A stretch of DNA of 64,000 nucleotides from assembly GCA_030390025.1 (NCBI GenBank), contig CM059442.1, forward strand, positions 11,408,001 through 11,472,000, in the 5' to 3' direction. Each line of letters starts with the position of its first letter. The first letter of the stretch is position 1. This document shows positions 1 through 13,748 of the stretch, in pieces. The notes under the pieces are model-generated. The model was not told where the DNA came from and searched no databases. It was given only the letters and a program-made list of their open reading frames with translations. The position numbers and the translations under genes are program-made. The stretch comes from Squalus acanthias. Taxonomy: Eukaryota.

Positions 1-68
1 CCATAAAATCAGTGAAGCCCTAGCAAGTGTTAATGAAGACGTACTAGGATAATTTTGACTTTAGACGA

Positions 69-197
69 TAGTGTAAAACACACGACATTGGCTTGGCTAC
101 CCGTTAAACACCTCTCCCGACTTCCGTTTGAATGGAAGCGAAAATCAGGAGAGGTGTTTAACCAGTGGTCGAGCCGATTTTGCACATTGTGCACTAT
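69..197. repeat. Foldback/palindromic MITE-like element
   Basis: gttaaacacctctcccga (103-120) pairs with tcaggagaggtgtttaac (145-162) with one mismatch. There is an inner cttcc/ggaag stem and degenerate outer arms ending in tagtg and cacta. Confidence 0.6.
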
Positions 198-966
198 GGT
201 CCAAAGGCACAATGACGTCCACTGTTTCCTTCATATTGTCAGGCACCCTGGTGCAGTGGCTGGACTCGGGGGAGGGATGCTCGAATCTCTCCATATCAGG
301 CAATTCGGATAATCAATAGATGACAGTCAAAAATAGTACAAGCTGAAAAGAAAACAACAAAGATGATTAAGAAAATTATTTTTAAAAGTTAAATTATCTG
401 TTAATTGACCAGCAATAAATAGCACCCAAAATCAGAATGAAGTGTTGAAGTAACCGAGACTGCAAAGTGTTCAGACATTGGTTTTAAACACTTCTTATTC
501 AATGGAATACACATGTCCTGAGGAGCTGAGAAATTAAGGCGATCAATTTTGAAAAGCAGGAGATGACTGAGGGAAAAAATTCAAAATAAACGAGCATGTA
601 TATTTTTTGAGGGAAGGAAATTTTGAGGAGAGAGGCGACAACAATTATGTACGTGAACACTAGCAGCTTCTAGTGGTGGGAACAAGTAATGCAGTGTAGA
701 GATATCACACAGTATTTCCATTCATTCGTCAGGCTTTTCATTGGCATTTATGTGTTGGCTCAGATCCAAAACACACTGGTCTCCAGACCTTGGTCGAGTG
801 GAATTTTCAACCCTAATTGACCTATGAAAGTTAAGTTGTACTTCATGTACTGCCACCTTGTTGAAAACAAACTTAAATTGCTGATAAAAGGTACTAACAT
901 ATTAATAAATAAAATGGTAGTGTTTTTGATCTTAGTTTATTTAACCCTCTTGTGTTTGCCATGCAG

Positions 967-1085
967 GGAGTTGGCCTCTGATTACTGGAGGAAAGTTGGA
1001 CTCCAGTGGCAACAGGAGAACGAGGAGGATCTTAAGGATAAGCTTGACTGGTCGGTCCCACTCTCTCTTCGCTACCCTGCAGGTG
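967..1085 (+). CDS. DNAAF5: DNAAF5/HEATR2 internal coding exon (probably exon 4), 119 nt
   Basis: Encodes ELASDYWRKVGLQWQQENEEDLKDKLDWSVPLSLRYPAG, matching the recalled HEATR2 segment VGLQWQ.ENEEDLKDKLD. Acceptor ttgtgtttgccatgcAG at 965-966, donor GTaggt at 1086. Its phase-1 end joins the next exon in frame. Confidence 0.93.
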
Positions 1086-4059
1086 GTAGGTGGATAGTTT
1101 AACATTTTTAAGTAGCTATTAATTGGTTGGAAAAGCCCCCCCCCTCCCTTTGCATGGTGATGTATTCCACACAACATTCTACCAGTGCACATCTGTTTCC
1201 AAAATATCGTGGCTGACCCAGGAGAGAGTGTTTGTCTTAAATGCAATGAGTAAGATCTGAATTATATGTATCTGTCAATATATCTGTATGTAGAATAGCA
1301 GTTTGATGTTACTTTCATTCACAACACACACATGCCAGTACAGTTTGCAGTCACAGTGCAATAGTTGTGTGTATAAGCAATATTAATGATACTTAATGAT
1401 CTGACATGAAAATTCACCATTTCTGTTCTTGTGCAATCATTATTTTATCTTTCTAGCTGGGTATGATTACAACCCATTAACTGTAAAAGAGCGTGTTATT
1501 CATACTGAAGTTTTTCTCCTTTAATCTTTTAACAAAATGATCAGATTGTTAGAGTAGAAAAATCTTGCCTAATATTTGCAAATGTTCAACCATTGTGCAG
1601 TCCTCTACATAAAAACCCTTCTGCAGTGATCAAAGGAGTTTGATATCCATTTTAAATGGGAGGATGTTTTAGCTGAGTACGAGCCCCTTGTGTCCACATC
1701 CACATTACTTCAGTCAACACACTGAGTAATTTTACTGATAGTGAGTGAAACTTTTAAACACTTTATCAGGAGCAGTTTATAAATCTAATGTCATTTCTCT
1801 TGTGTCCTTTCTTGCTTTTGTCCACTCTCTCTCTGCTTCACTCACTGTTCTGTTTCATTCTGCCTTTGTCTGACACTGTGTCGTGAGTTTTCAAATACCT
1901 ATACCATGGCTTCTATGAGACACAGCCTTGATACTGAGGTAGGAAGCAAATGAGAGATACTTGAGCAGGTTCTATATTTAGACCCAAATCACCAGGCAAG
2001 CTGGGTGCAAAATGGCTTTTTCTGCTGTGCCTGAGCAATTTGTTTGTACTGGAGTCTCCCAAATCATCATCTATCTTGCCTGAAATACCGTTCTGAAAAG
2101 AACTCTGATCCAGCAACTGTTCTGTCTGCAATTCAGCTGAAGTATTCAACTATTAAATTGCAAAATCCAGATAAGACTGCACAATACTATCCAACATTGG
2201 CACCTTGTTGTGTAATAGTATATTGGATTTATATAGGTATCCTTTCTTTCTCTCTCAACACTCCTTCCATTGCTGTCAAGTTTTTGATGAATTCTTGACA
2301 CTTGCGTACTCTAGTGACAGCTTGAAGATTTTAAAAGCTCGGGTTTTGATGGTGACCACAAGATGCCCCTGGTGGGCTAGCAGTGGGACAGCTAAGCTCT
2401 TGGAGGTGGGCCCATGGAGATTTTCCTTTGAGTTTAGTCTGCTGGCCATATGTGATTTAGGAGGAGAAGGATCACATTTCCAATTTTGAATTTGGTGTGA
2501 ATTCTATATTCTTCAATCACTTTGGGTATTCTCTTATTCGGCACCCTTCCGCTTATGTCCCCCTTCCTCAACAAGATATCAAGGCATACTAGGAGGGTCG
2601 CTCTTGTGGCTTAGTAGGGAGGGTAGTAAAGTACTCTGAGCTCTAAATGCGTGATGGCTGATAGGGTTAGATAAAGAGGGGTGAGAGGAGGCTCGTGTGG
2701 AGCATAAACATCGGCGTAGACCAGTTGGACCAAATGGTCTGTACATTTTATGTAATTCTTCCTTTGATGAAGTACACATTTTGTGCTCGTTGATTTAGTC
2801 GAATTCATTTCTCCCACAATTGTACTGCGGGGATGAGCAACAACAAAGATTGGTTTTGCACCACTTGTTCCTGTAGATAGATCTGAACTTGCACCAGGTA
2901 GCCCCAATTGCAGTTTCAAGGGAGTGAAAATTAGAAAATGGAAGACGGTGCAAACAACTTCTTGAAGGAACATTTATCTTGCATCACCTTTTGGAAGTCC
3001 CTTGTGGGTAATATAATATACCTGCTTCCATCAAGATAAAAAAGAAACTGTTGTCTTTTTCTTTTCTGGAATTTGAAATGAAAACACGAGGCGCCACCCA
3101 TGCAAAAAAAAATGCTCAGACCTCATGGTCTTTGAGACTAAACAGGTGCAAGCTCATTACTCTTAAACCAAGAACTAGGATTTATGCTGTTCTGGGTCAA
3201 ACCTCTGTATTTTGAATTGGAAGATGAGCTGGGCAGACTGCTCATACATCAAGGGTGATAAATAGAGGTGGGTATCTTGGGTATTCAGTTCCCTTCCAGG
3301 AGAATTTATAGGCCATTGCTAGAAATGTTAGTCTTTTAGGGAATCTTAGAACATTTACAAATTGCAATGTCTCATGGAGTAGGGTCAGTATTACAATGTT
3401 TGTTTTCCTTTTGAATTCATTTACCTCAGCTTCAGTTACTTGCCTGGAAACTCTTTGTAACAGTTTATTGAACCTGAGGGGAAGGGGGAAGCAAATTGAT
3501 TCATTGTCTCCCTACAGAGGTCTGGCAGTTCTGTGCCCATCACCCTGGCCAGGAGCAAGGATAGGCGACCTGGTGTTATCCTAGAATATTGGATTGGATA
3601 ATGTTCCATGGGTCGTCTTCATGTATCCTCCATATCCACACAGCTGTTGTGGCAATCATTGGACCTGCTGCTAATCTCTAGAACAGCTCTTCATTAAATT
3701 GAACTCCAGCAACTTCACAATTGAACTACACCAGCTAGTTTGTGTTACATTCACATAAACTATGAAGTGTAAAACTGGCCTGTACGGCAGTTTGCAGGGG
3801 GAGGGGGATAACTGGCTGTATAAAAGTTGAAGATTGCCAAATTTTCCACTTGCTGATCTAATTTATAGCCTTTGTTTTGGAAGGTTGATAATACAATGTC
3901 TTGCGTTAGTTAAGAAATGTTCAGTGGTGTCTCTACAGAAGGATTTATGCACCTGAGACAGATCAGTGGACAAAGATGAGATTTTGTGGAAGAGGAATAT
4001 TTCTACAGAATATCATTACATAATGGAAGAAGCATTAAGTGTACTCTTTCCACTGGTAG

Positions 4060-4357
4060 GAGAGTTGATGACCGCAGGACACAGATTTAAGATAATTGCC
4101 AAAAATCCAGGGGGAGATGAGAATTTTTTTTACGCAGTGAGTTGTTGTGATCTGGAATGCGCTGCCTGAAAGGGCGGTGGAAGTAGATTCAACAGTAACT
4201 TTCAAAAGGGAATTGGATATATTTTGAAAAAGAACAATTTGCAGGGCTATGGGGAAAGAGCATGGAATTAGGACTAATTGGAGAGTTCTTTCAAAAAGCC
4301 GGCACAGACACAATGGGCTGAATGGCCTCCTTCTGTGCTGTATCATTCCATGATTCT
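4060..4357 (+). mobile_element. CR1 LINE 3' fragment
   Basis: Contains GHRFKII, tggaatgcgctgcctgaaagggcggtggaag, the CR1 3' stem gggctgaatggcctccttctgtgctg and an attccatgattcta tail. Confidence 0.85.
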
Positions 4358-4479
4358 AGTGTCAAAACATTTGCGTCCCATGAGGCCAGTTGAAAGAGCG
4401 TGTATAAATAATTGGTGCGTACTACAAATTAACTGTAAAGCATTTTAGAAACTCAGGCTGTAGATTCTATCTGGTCTCA

Positions 4480-4785
4480 ATGGGTGCGGTAGCGTAGTGG
4501 TTATGTTACTGGACTAGTAATCCAGTAAACATGAGTTCAAATTGTGAACTTCTGGCAGTTTGAGAATTTGAATTCAGTTTTTATTTTTAAGTAAATAAAT
4601 CTGGAAATATAAAGCTGGGAAAGCCGCTGTCCTTACCTGGTTTGGCCTATAACTGCCCTCTGAAGTATCAAAACACTCGGTGGTTCCAGAAGAAAACCCA
4701 CCACCACGTTCTCGTGTCATCTACGGATGGGCAGTAAATGCCAGCCTGTCGAGTGGCGCCTACATCCCGAAAATGAACTAAAAAT
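4480..4785 (+). mobile_element. tRNA-derived SINE with a 3' tail resembling the LINE at 13226-13745
   Basis: A-box/B-box-like head (gtagcgtagtggtt...gagttcaaat). The tail gggcagtaaatgccagcctgtcgagtggcgcctacatccc resembles the LINE 3' end gggcaataaatgctggccttgccagcgatgcccacatccc. Confidence 0.7.
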
Positions 4786-6856
4786 AAACCCAGCTGTACC
4801 AGGCATATGCAGTTGATAGCCATGCTTTACATATAGGATCCTAAAGGTACATCTGTTTCCCTCTGGAGCATCCATTTTAACAGTACACATCTACCTGTGC
4901 ATCTAATAGACCTTAAATTGGTTTTATAGACTACAATTACTTTTCTAAATTTAATGTACTTCTTGCATTATAGATAAATCCTGTAAACTTATTGTTGTTT
5001 CCTGAAACCCTGAGAGTACCCAGATGTACTTGTACCTGCAGCGTTGAAGATTTATGCAGTGCAGAGCTGACGGGGCATTCTTTGCAGCAGTTGCTTGGTA
5101 TATACATGGTACATGCCATTCCCTCTCATTTCAATTCAATGCTTTTCTTAAAAATGAAATCAGTTTACAACACATGGGTGATTTCCGTAATGGACTGCAT
5201 GAACTTAGTGGAAGAATCCATTTTATTATCATTTCAGGATGGTGCACATGAAGTGAATTAGATATTACAGTACTTCGTTACGCTGAAGTTAGTGGGGAAT
5301 GAATTGTCACTTCTGTAATGAGAATAAACTAATTGTTTTTAGGTTTGATTTAATTCGGGGAAATTTGCCAAAGTAGCACGAAATGGAAGACTCCCTCTGG
5401 CAATGTTTCATGAATCAAGAAATTATATAAATTTCATAATCAGCAGGTGCTAGACGAGAAGCATGATCTTTGTAACTTTTAATTCTAGAAAGCAGCAGCC
5501 AAGGGTCAAGTTGAAAGAGATCATGGGTCTATCAGCAGTGCAAGCTGAACTATATTGCCAAATACAGGTTGGAGGAAGTCCGTTGAAACGGTCTGGAGCT
5601 ATGAGACCCATAACCTGTTCTAGCCACCGAGACATATAATTGACCTTCACGCCCTGGAAGTGGGACAAAGAGGAGCCAACAATACTCATCCTGGTGAATT
5701 CCATGGGGATTCTCCTGCTCACATGCCATAACTTCCATAATGGGACTTGATCGCCCAATCATTTGATACAGTAAGGAAGGAAAACACTTGAGATTTCTCA
5801 ACAGGAGAGAATTGGTGATTTTTGGTAGTGACAATTGTGGGGCCATTTCTTAGTCTAGATTTTAGGGCCTCCATATTTTATATTGCTCTTGGGCAAGTCC
5901 CAACTCCCTATGACTTAAGTGTATCTTCACCAGCTTTGAAATCTTAGTACGCCTTTGGTGAAGTGCCCAAGATAATAAACAGAGAACCCTTTAATTATTT
6001 TTAGCTACTGGAATTACGCTGTGCCTCCACAGATTTCCTCTCGCGTTGATAAGCGGTAGACTATTGCAACAATATTCATTTTCGGTTTAAACCATCAAGC
6101 GAATTTACTGAATGAAAGATGAACCAGCAAATCATTGATTGTAATATAGCATAAACTTACAGTAAGAAGTTAAATTTGTTTCCTTGAAAGGAAAATCTTG
6201 AAAAGTCGCAATCCAATACTGTTCTTTAGAAATAACACTTCATGTACACAGTGATTCTTTTATTATATTTCTCACCACTGCAGAAGCTGAACGCGCCTGC
6301 CTTAACTCTTGAAAATTCCCGATTATCTCAAGTGCAATCAGATTAACATTTGAATAACTGACTGCCGGATTTAAAATAACTGGTTGCCATACACATAATA
6401 GAGTGAATCACCCCTGAAGCTTGCAGTTTGATCTGCCTGCACGGGCGCTTGGGGTACTCGGGATGGGAGATGGTAGGATGGGAAGGGAAAGAACAAGGGG
6501 TAGGTGTTGGTGGTGGGAGGTAGGGCCGAGAGGGAAAGTGCAAGGAGTAGGAAAAGCTGGTTGCTTGGGGCAGGAAGTGGTAGGAGGCAGGGTGAAAGGG
6601 TAATGGATGAGAAGGAGTGGGTGTCTGGGCAGGAGAAGGGAACAGGGTACTGCCCTACACTCCCAGCAACAGGGTTGGGGGAGGCCCTGTGGTTCCAACT
6701 TTATTTCAGTTTAGATAACAGTTTAGAGACTTCCGCAGAAATCCTTGCCTGTAGTTAAAAAACCTATTTAAGTAGGAACAAGCTTGTGAACTAAATGAAT
6801 TAAATAGCAGAGGATCCCAGCCACTTTCACTTGAAAAGGCCATTCCTGATGAAGAC

Positions 6857-7168
6857 CATAGAATCATAGAAGATAGGAGCAGGAGTAGGCCATTCGGCCC
6901 CTCTAGCCTGCTCCGCCATTCAATGCGATCATGGCTGATCATCCAAATTCAGTACCCTGTCCCTGCTTTCTCCCCATATCCCTTGATCCCTTTAGCCTTA
7001 AGAAATATATCCAACTCCTTCTTGAATCTATTTAATGAATTGGCCTCTACTGCCTTCTGTGGCAGAGAATTCCACAGGTTCACCACTCTCTGGGTGAAGA
7101 AATTCCTCCTCATTTCTGTCCTAAATGGCTTACCCCTTATCCTTAGACTGTGACCCCTGGTTCTGGAC
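6857..7168 (-). mobile_element. Young CR1 LINE 3' fragment
   Basis: Encodes SRTRGHSLRIRGKPFRTEMRRNFFTQRVVNLWNSLPQKAVEA. About 97% identical by manual count to the 3' end of the CR1 at 57155-57458. Confidence 0.92.
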
Positions 7169-9869
7169 CAGGAAAGGGCTATTAAAATGGAGTATGAAGG
7201 AAGGGGTCTGGAGCCGTACAAAACTGCACTCAGACAGAGGCGTGTAGGGCTGTGTAAATGAGTAGGGAGATTGGCTATTGGCCAAGACATGGATGGCTAC
7301 TGGAGGGATTTAAAAAGTAAAATAAAATAAGTTTGTACCTTTTTTGATTTTGGGAACTGCCAGATACCCAGGAAAATTTCACAAATACAAGTTTTGTTTG
7401 CTTTCCCTGGAGTATTCCTTTAATGGAAAAATACTTTATCAATTGTTGGCCACACATGTTGAATGACCTTGAGTTGTGGCATTCCATTAACGTCACAAAA
7501 TTTCTAAGATTGAAAGCTACGAAGCATATTATGTGTGCTGCAGTTCCTCAAACCTTGCTCCTATCTAAAGTTCCCAAGTATTGCAGAATTTTCTGTGACT
7601 TTGATCTCGACCAACATTATTACTTTTTGTGATTGGTCAGTGATAAGATGCTTTTTTGGCTGGCATTTTCCCCTCGAGATTTAGAATGTATTTTTGTATT
7701 TAGCAAACTGGTGCATTTAAAGAAAGCCGAGGAATTTTGCAAGAGATTGTAGTTTGATTTGTGGTGTTATTAAGAATGTCCTGCAGAAAATGTTTGTTTT
7801 CTGTCTGTATCAGATAGCTTTGTAGCTGCAAATCTCTCAAACCTGGTATTTATTTTCCCCACTCCCCAATTTAAAATTTTTCATTGAATAATTTTTCTCT
7901 TGGGGGCATTCTCTCTTCGTTGGCAGAGACAATGAGTGGGGTGACCAGTTTGCAAGCCTCTGCCAATTGGCAATATCCATGTCTGAATGACCTCTCAACA
8001 TAGTCCACAAAAGCAACCTGGGCAATGCACTTTGTCTGAAGTAAAAGCCTGCATCAGTATCATTGGTCAGAGCCGGATCTGTTGTATTTACCACCTGTTT
8101 GGAAGCCAGTTGTAATATAAAAAAAAAATTTAGTCTGTGTTTGCTATCTTTCAGAAAATCCTCTATGAATCTGATTTTTTTTAAAATAAAGAGCGCTCGC
8201 TCAGTTCATAAATTACTCAATAAAGCACAGATTTCATCGGGACTTGGCCTCTATCATTCTATCATGGTCACCCTTTAAAGTTGATATATGGAAAGTTCAA
8301 AGAGATCCCTGGAATTGTGATAATAGAGGAGAATTGTTGAGGTTTTCACTCGTGGTACATACTATTCCTTTTCTTTCTCTCTGTGCTGAAGTTCACTCTT
8401 AAGATGCTGTGTTGCATTTTTTTTTATGTATTTCCCATTTATTTCCCATCCCTTCTTAGGCTTTCCTATACCTCACATCTTTATTCCCCCAACTGAGTGG
8501 GTAGATCTACTCTCGGGTTTATGTCAGACCAGTGCTGGTGGCGAGATGCTGCATGAGAATTTTTCCTTTCTCCCTCCCCGCTTAGATCAGAAGCTTGCGA
8601 TGTTGAGATTTGTGGGCATCGAGCCACATCCCATACCTTCAGTAACTGGGAAAAAGTCTGATTGCAGCGGGGGAGCAGTCTAGTGGATTATCCTTAGTTG
8701 GAAGAGCAAAATGATGTTCAGTGTGTGCTATATTCTACATCTCATGAAACCATTTCCCCAATTTCTTTTCCCGTCTGCATTTGCAGCGTGTACTCCATTT
8801 TTGAATTTGTTTGTGCAGTTCCTGATGCAGTGGTAAACCCATATTTTTCCTGTTCTGAAGTTCACTTTTAAGATGCTATGTGCCAGGACATTATCGCAGT
8901 TTTTTCTTTATTTTATTTTCCTCTTTATTCTTCTCTCTTTCTCTCCCCCCCGCCCCCCCAATCCCTAAATTACATTGAGCCAATACAAAATGAGTAGGTG
9001 GGCTACTCGACAAACAAGTTATTAATTTCTGAACAGATTGTGTTAGAACATGCCTCTAAAGTTAGTATTTGAACTTTTATAATCTGAAGATGTTCCTGTG
9101 TAGGAAAGAGATTAGACTGAAACCAGGCAGAGGTTCTTCAGGTTGCAGCCGGTAATAAACACGACCAGTGTTGAAATTAACAAGTTCAATCATGACTTCT
9201 GTATCAGTGATTGTTCAATACAGAAACTCCAGGAGCAAGATAATCCTGACTCTCAAATCCTCATTTATTTTGAACAGTAAAACCTTTTCTTTTATTGAAA
9301 GATGCCTGCTTTAAGGATTCTATTCCTTTAATATGAGAGCGGATTATATAATTTTCTTATTCTGACAGTGAAGACTTGTTGAAGTTTTTAAATGATAGGC
9401 GATGTACCTCATGGTCACTATTATCTCCCGAAACGTGTTTTGGATTGTCATCAGGGGTCAGAGGGGAATTTCCCAGATATTCTTTTTTCCCTGAAATTGG
9501 CCTCAGGTTTTTTTAAACCTTAGTTTTTTTGCTTCTCCCAGGAGATTATATGGCTGGTGGTGGTTGAGAAGCATTGAGGGTCATGTTGTCAAGTTACAAC
9601 ACGGTTGAATGGGACAGTCTCGATGGACCATCATTTTTGTATGTTCATAATTGGGACTTATTTCTCCTCTGAATAATTTGACCAGGTATTTAATGGATTT
9701 CTCTCAGCTGCAGCAAGTTGAGTCTTTGAAACGAGAGCCTCCAGCGGAAAGGTTAATCTGCCTTCGCCTTTCAGGTGAATGACCTGCTGCTTTTTCAAAA
9801 GCTTGTTTTCATGGTTAATATTGTATGAAATGCTTTTGTAAAACAGGTTAATTCCTTGAAACTGACATG

Positions 9870-9985
9870 GTACGTGGCTGGCACTGGCATGGCCGCATTT
9901 ATTGCCCATTTGTTAGTTTCCCTGAGAGGGTGGCGATGGGCTACCTTCTTGAACCACTGCAGTCTTTGTAGTGCTGGCGCTGTCG
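9870..9985 (-). mobile_element. Degenerate LINE/SINE 3' tail (same family as 13226-13745)
   Basis: gcatttattgccc...ccttcttgaaccactgcagtc matches 13257-13326. Confidence 0.65.
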
Positions 9986-10764
9986 CAATGATGGGGAATG
10001 GGGTCATAGTACAGGTGGGTGAGGACGTGCAGCTGCATGCTGCTGAGCGAGAAATGTCAGAGTGCCTCTCCATGCCAATTTAATGGATTCTTACTGGAAG
10101 TATTAGTGATTCTGTTGGCAGCAACACCAATGAAAGCATAGCACTCCTTTAAGTCTGGATCTCGCATCCCAAGTGCGGACTTGACGTTGGGCAATAACAT
10201 CTGCTGTAAACATTTAATTTTAATGCGTGTATTTCTTAAAACCATGGCCAGCGGGTCTCCGCTAACATAATTTTAGTGGCTTGCCTGCATTTTTGGTGGC
10301 CAGCCATTGGGACCAAACCATATTTTTCGGTGGGCAGCAATCATAAACAAAATAATTATTTTGGACTGTGCAGTAATGACAATGCCCTCTCGTTTTCCTT
10401 TGCTTATTTGTCCATCAGCTTCTTTGTATTAGCCCTCAAAAAGTTAATTTGGCCTCGGAGCACTTGGATCTAACAAACATATAATTTTATGAGGAAGAAA
10501 ACATTGTTGCCAAACATTTTTTATGGAACGTCACAGGTTGCTGTGAATTAACGAGCGGGTAGCAGCTGGATGAGAAATTTTAGGCACCGAGTCAAAAATG
10601 TAGACGCGTTGGCAATGAAAACTTGTGGCTAAATTGAGACCCGAGTGAGCTTCAGAACCAGTTTGTTTCATACTAAATCTGCTCCTCACTCTTTTTTTGT
10701 GCTGATTCCTGACCGCGGGAGTGAAAGATTTTTGCAGAAATTTCAACTGGAACTATTTATTTTC

Positions 10765-11290
10765 ATAGAATGGTTACAGCACAGAAGGCGGCCATTTGGC
10801 CCGTCGAGCCCTTTCCTCGTAGCCCTGCAAATTTTTTTCCTTCAAATACTTATCCAACTCCCTTTTGAAAGGTAAGATTGAGTCTGCCTCCACCACCCTT
10901 TCAGGCAGTGCATTCCAGATCTTAACCAATCGCTGCGTAAAAAAGTTTTTTCTTACGTCGCCTTTGGTTCTTTTGCCAATCACCTTAAACCTGTGTCCTC
11001 TGGTTCTCGACCCTTCTGCCAATGCGAACAGTTTCTATCTATCTACTCTGTCCAGACCCCTCATGGTTTTGAACACCTCTATCAAATCTCCTCTGCTCAA
11101 ACGAGAACAGCCCCAGCTTCTCCAGTCTATCAACGTAACTGAAGTCCCTCATTCCTGGAATCATGCTCGTAAATCTTTTCTGCACCCTCTCTCAGGCCTT
11201 CACACCCTTCCTAAAGTGTGGTGCCCAGAATTGGACACCGTACTCCAGTTGGGGCCGAATCAGTGTTTTATAAAGGTTCTTCATAATTTT
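10765..11290 (-). mobile_element. CR1 LINE 3' fragment
   Basis: Encodes LYKTLIRPQLEYGVQFWAPHFRK and SRTRGHRFKVIGKRTKGDVRKNFFTQR, with frameshifts. Confidence 0.9.
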
Positions 11291-11450
11291 ATGGATTAAA
11301 CAGAAGACAATGCAGGTGAAAGGGCAGGTAGTTCTGAAATTTGCATCAACTATTATTCTTTCGCCTTTTATGCTGGCCCACCTCCAATAATGGATGCACA
11401 ATCCACACTTACTACTGCGGCTTAAACAATTGCAGGGTCTTACTCCACCG

Positions 11451-11473
11451 CCCCCCCCCCCCCCCCCCCCCCC
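11451..11473. repeat. Poly-C homopolymer (23 nt)
   Basis: Seen directly. Confidence 0.95.
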
Positions 11474-12219
11474 CTCCCTTGTGTTTCACTGCAAGAACTC
11501 TTGACACCATTGTGGGAAAAATATTGCAAGCTTAACTGCACAAGACTCCTTTTACTTTAAACTTGCATTTTTTTTCTCTCTGATGCCAAAGCTTCAGCTT
11601 TCGCACCTTTCTGTCATCTTGAGTTCAATCAAAGCCCAGTGCAGTGATTAAAGTCGGCAAAAAAAAATCCTTCCTGGCTGCTGCTCATGCCTTTTTACAG
11701 AGGCCGTGCTTCAAAATCAACAAAGGGATGGCACTACCTCCGGGGGCACGGAGACCCGCCTAGGATTCCTCCAGAGACTGCAGTCAGCCCCTTCCCCCCA
11801 CCCCCCACCGCACAGCAAATATAAATGCGGTTGCTGGAGGGAGAGGTATCATTATTTTTTGGCTCAAGGGTGGGCTGTGACTCCTGAGTGAATGGGCCAG
11901 CAATTAGGTCCTGTGCAGACCATCTTCATACATTGTCAAAGGTCTGCCAGAGAGAAAGTAAAATTGCTGAGAATGCCATTGGTTCTGTTCCAGCGGTGTT
12001 GTGGAATCTGTCCTGCACACCTGCCCTGAATGACGCATGAAAAATAATTACACATGCCGTTTTACTTTGGCTTGTTATAACGTTACTCTTCAGGTATGTA
12101 CAGCATTCCATCACTTTTATTACAGAAAAAAAGTGTGGGTATATGGAAGTGTTAGTGCATCCATGACATTTAGAATTATTAGAAGGGGATACCTTTTGGC
12201 ACTTTAATTTAAACAATGT

Positions 12220-12608
12220 TTTTGTGCTCATCGAAGTGGGGGATGTTAGTGTGGGGAATTCAGAAACCCAGTTTCAACATCAACCGCTCCAGGGCAGGTA
12301 TAGCACAGCCAGATGTAAAGTAAACAATGTGCCTCTGCAGCAACCTCAGAAGAGCACCACACTGCACCCATTTCCCTCACCAATCATCTTGTGGCCCCTT
12401 TTGAGCAAGATTACTAAACTACCGGCAGTTTTCTGCTGTAGGCCTGTGCTCAGTAGGAACTGAAGTGAAAATTGCCCAAAATCATTTCACTTGGGATTCT
12501 TGCACCCATCGGACAGTGGAAGCTTTCATCCTATCATTCTGGACCAGATTGGTACCCAGGTCCCAGAGGTGAATAGCCAGTATCTAATTCACTGTACCAT
12601 CCATATCT
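12220..12608 (-). mobile_element. Near full-length LF-SINE-like element
   Basis: The minus strand reads ttcacctctgggacctgggt...gtgaaatgattttgggc...cagttcctactgagcacagg...gaggcacattg...gatgagcacaaaa, collinear with the recalled LF-SINE consensus. Confidence 0.65.
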
Positions 12609-12781
12609 CCAAATTTGGTGCATTTTCAAACATATTGGTGTTACTGCAGTTCCATCTTTCAAGGTAAAAATAATTTAACCTGTAAGGGCCGTGGGCATTT
12701 TAAATTCGGGCGATTAAAGCAGCTACAAGTGACTTGGATGGTTTTTTTGTATCAAATATCAGAAGCTAATTGCCTTAGTGG

Positions 12782-13122
12782 TGTCAGCCTTGGCTCTGTA
12801 GTAGCACTCTTGCCTCTGAGTCAGATGGTTGTGGGTTCAAGCCCCACTCTAGAGACTTGTAGCAAATAATCTAGGCCGACTCTTCAGTCCAGTACTGACT
12901 GTTTAGTATCAGCACAGTGCCCGAGGTTCCATTTTTCAGATGGGACCTCATCTGTCCTCTTAGATAACTAATAGATCCCAAGGCGCTATTCAAAGAAAAG
13001 CACTGGAGTTCCCCTGGTGTCCTGGCCAACAGTTATGCTTCAGAAAAGTACTTCATTAGCTGTGAAGCGCTTTGGGATGAGGTCCTGAAAGATACTGTAT
13101 ATATTTGCAATTCCTTTCTTTC
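12782..13122 (+). mobile_element. DeuSINE (SacSINE1-like), degenerate
   Basis: tRNA head gtcagccttggctctgtagtagcactcttgcctctgagtcagatggttgtgggttcaagccccact, Deu-domain remnants and an L2-like tail. Confidence 0.8.
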
Positions 13123-13214
13123 TTTAAAACATAGTCAAAGTAGCTCAGTAGGCCCACTGTGTGTTTATACACCAATAGGCAACAATATTCAATAGCACGG
13201 AGCATGTATTTTTT

Positions 13215-13748
13215 TAAATATTCGTTCATGGGATGTGGGCATCGCTGGCAAGGCCAGCATTTATTGCCCAACCCCAGTTGCCCTTGAGAAGGTGGTGGTG
13301 AGCTGCCTTCTTGAACCGCTGCAGTCCATGTGGTGATGGTACTCCCACGGTGCTGTTAGTGAGGGAGTTCCAGGATTTTGACCCAGCGACGATGAAGGAT
13401 TGGCGATATACTTCTAAGTCAGGATGATGTGTGACTTGGAGGGGAACTTGGAGGTGGTGGTGTTCGTGTTCCCATGCGCCTGCTGCCCTTGTCCTTCTAG
13501 GTGGAAGAGGTCGCGGGTTTGGGAGGTGCTGCCGAAGAAGCCTTGGCGAGTTGCTGCAGTGCATCTTGTAGATGGTACACACTGTAGCCACGGTGCGCCG
13601 GTGGTGGAGGGAGTGAATGTTTAAGGTGGTGGATGGAGTGCCAATCAAGCAGACTGCTTTGTCTTGGCTGGTGTCGAGCTTCTTGAGTGTTGTTGGAGTT
13701 GCATTCATCCAGGCAAGTGGAGAGTATTCCATCACACTCCTTACTTGT
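13215..13748 (-). mobile_element. Non-LTR retrotransposon (CR1/L2 group) ORF2 C-terminus and 3' end
   Basis: Encodes MEYSPLAWM...KKLDTSQDKAVCLI...SLHHRRTVATVCTIYKMH...SWNSL, a typical post-RT C-terminal domain. Confidence 0.85.

Noticed and set aside
5450-5850. Coding-looking segment in the large intron (nested gene or retroelement)
   Set aside because: Only short ORFs on both strands, with no motif I can recognise and no convincing exon boundaries.
12782-12850. tRNA-like sequences (also at ~4485-4540, 21010-21070 and 38520-38586)
   Set aside because: They are tRNA-derived SINE heads continuous with SINE bodies, not complete cloverleaf tRNA genes.
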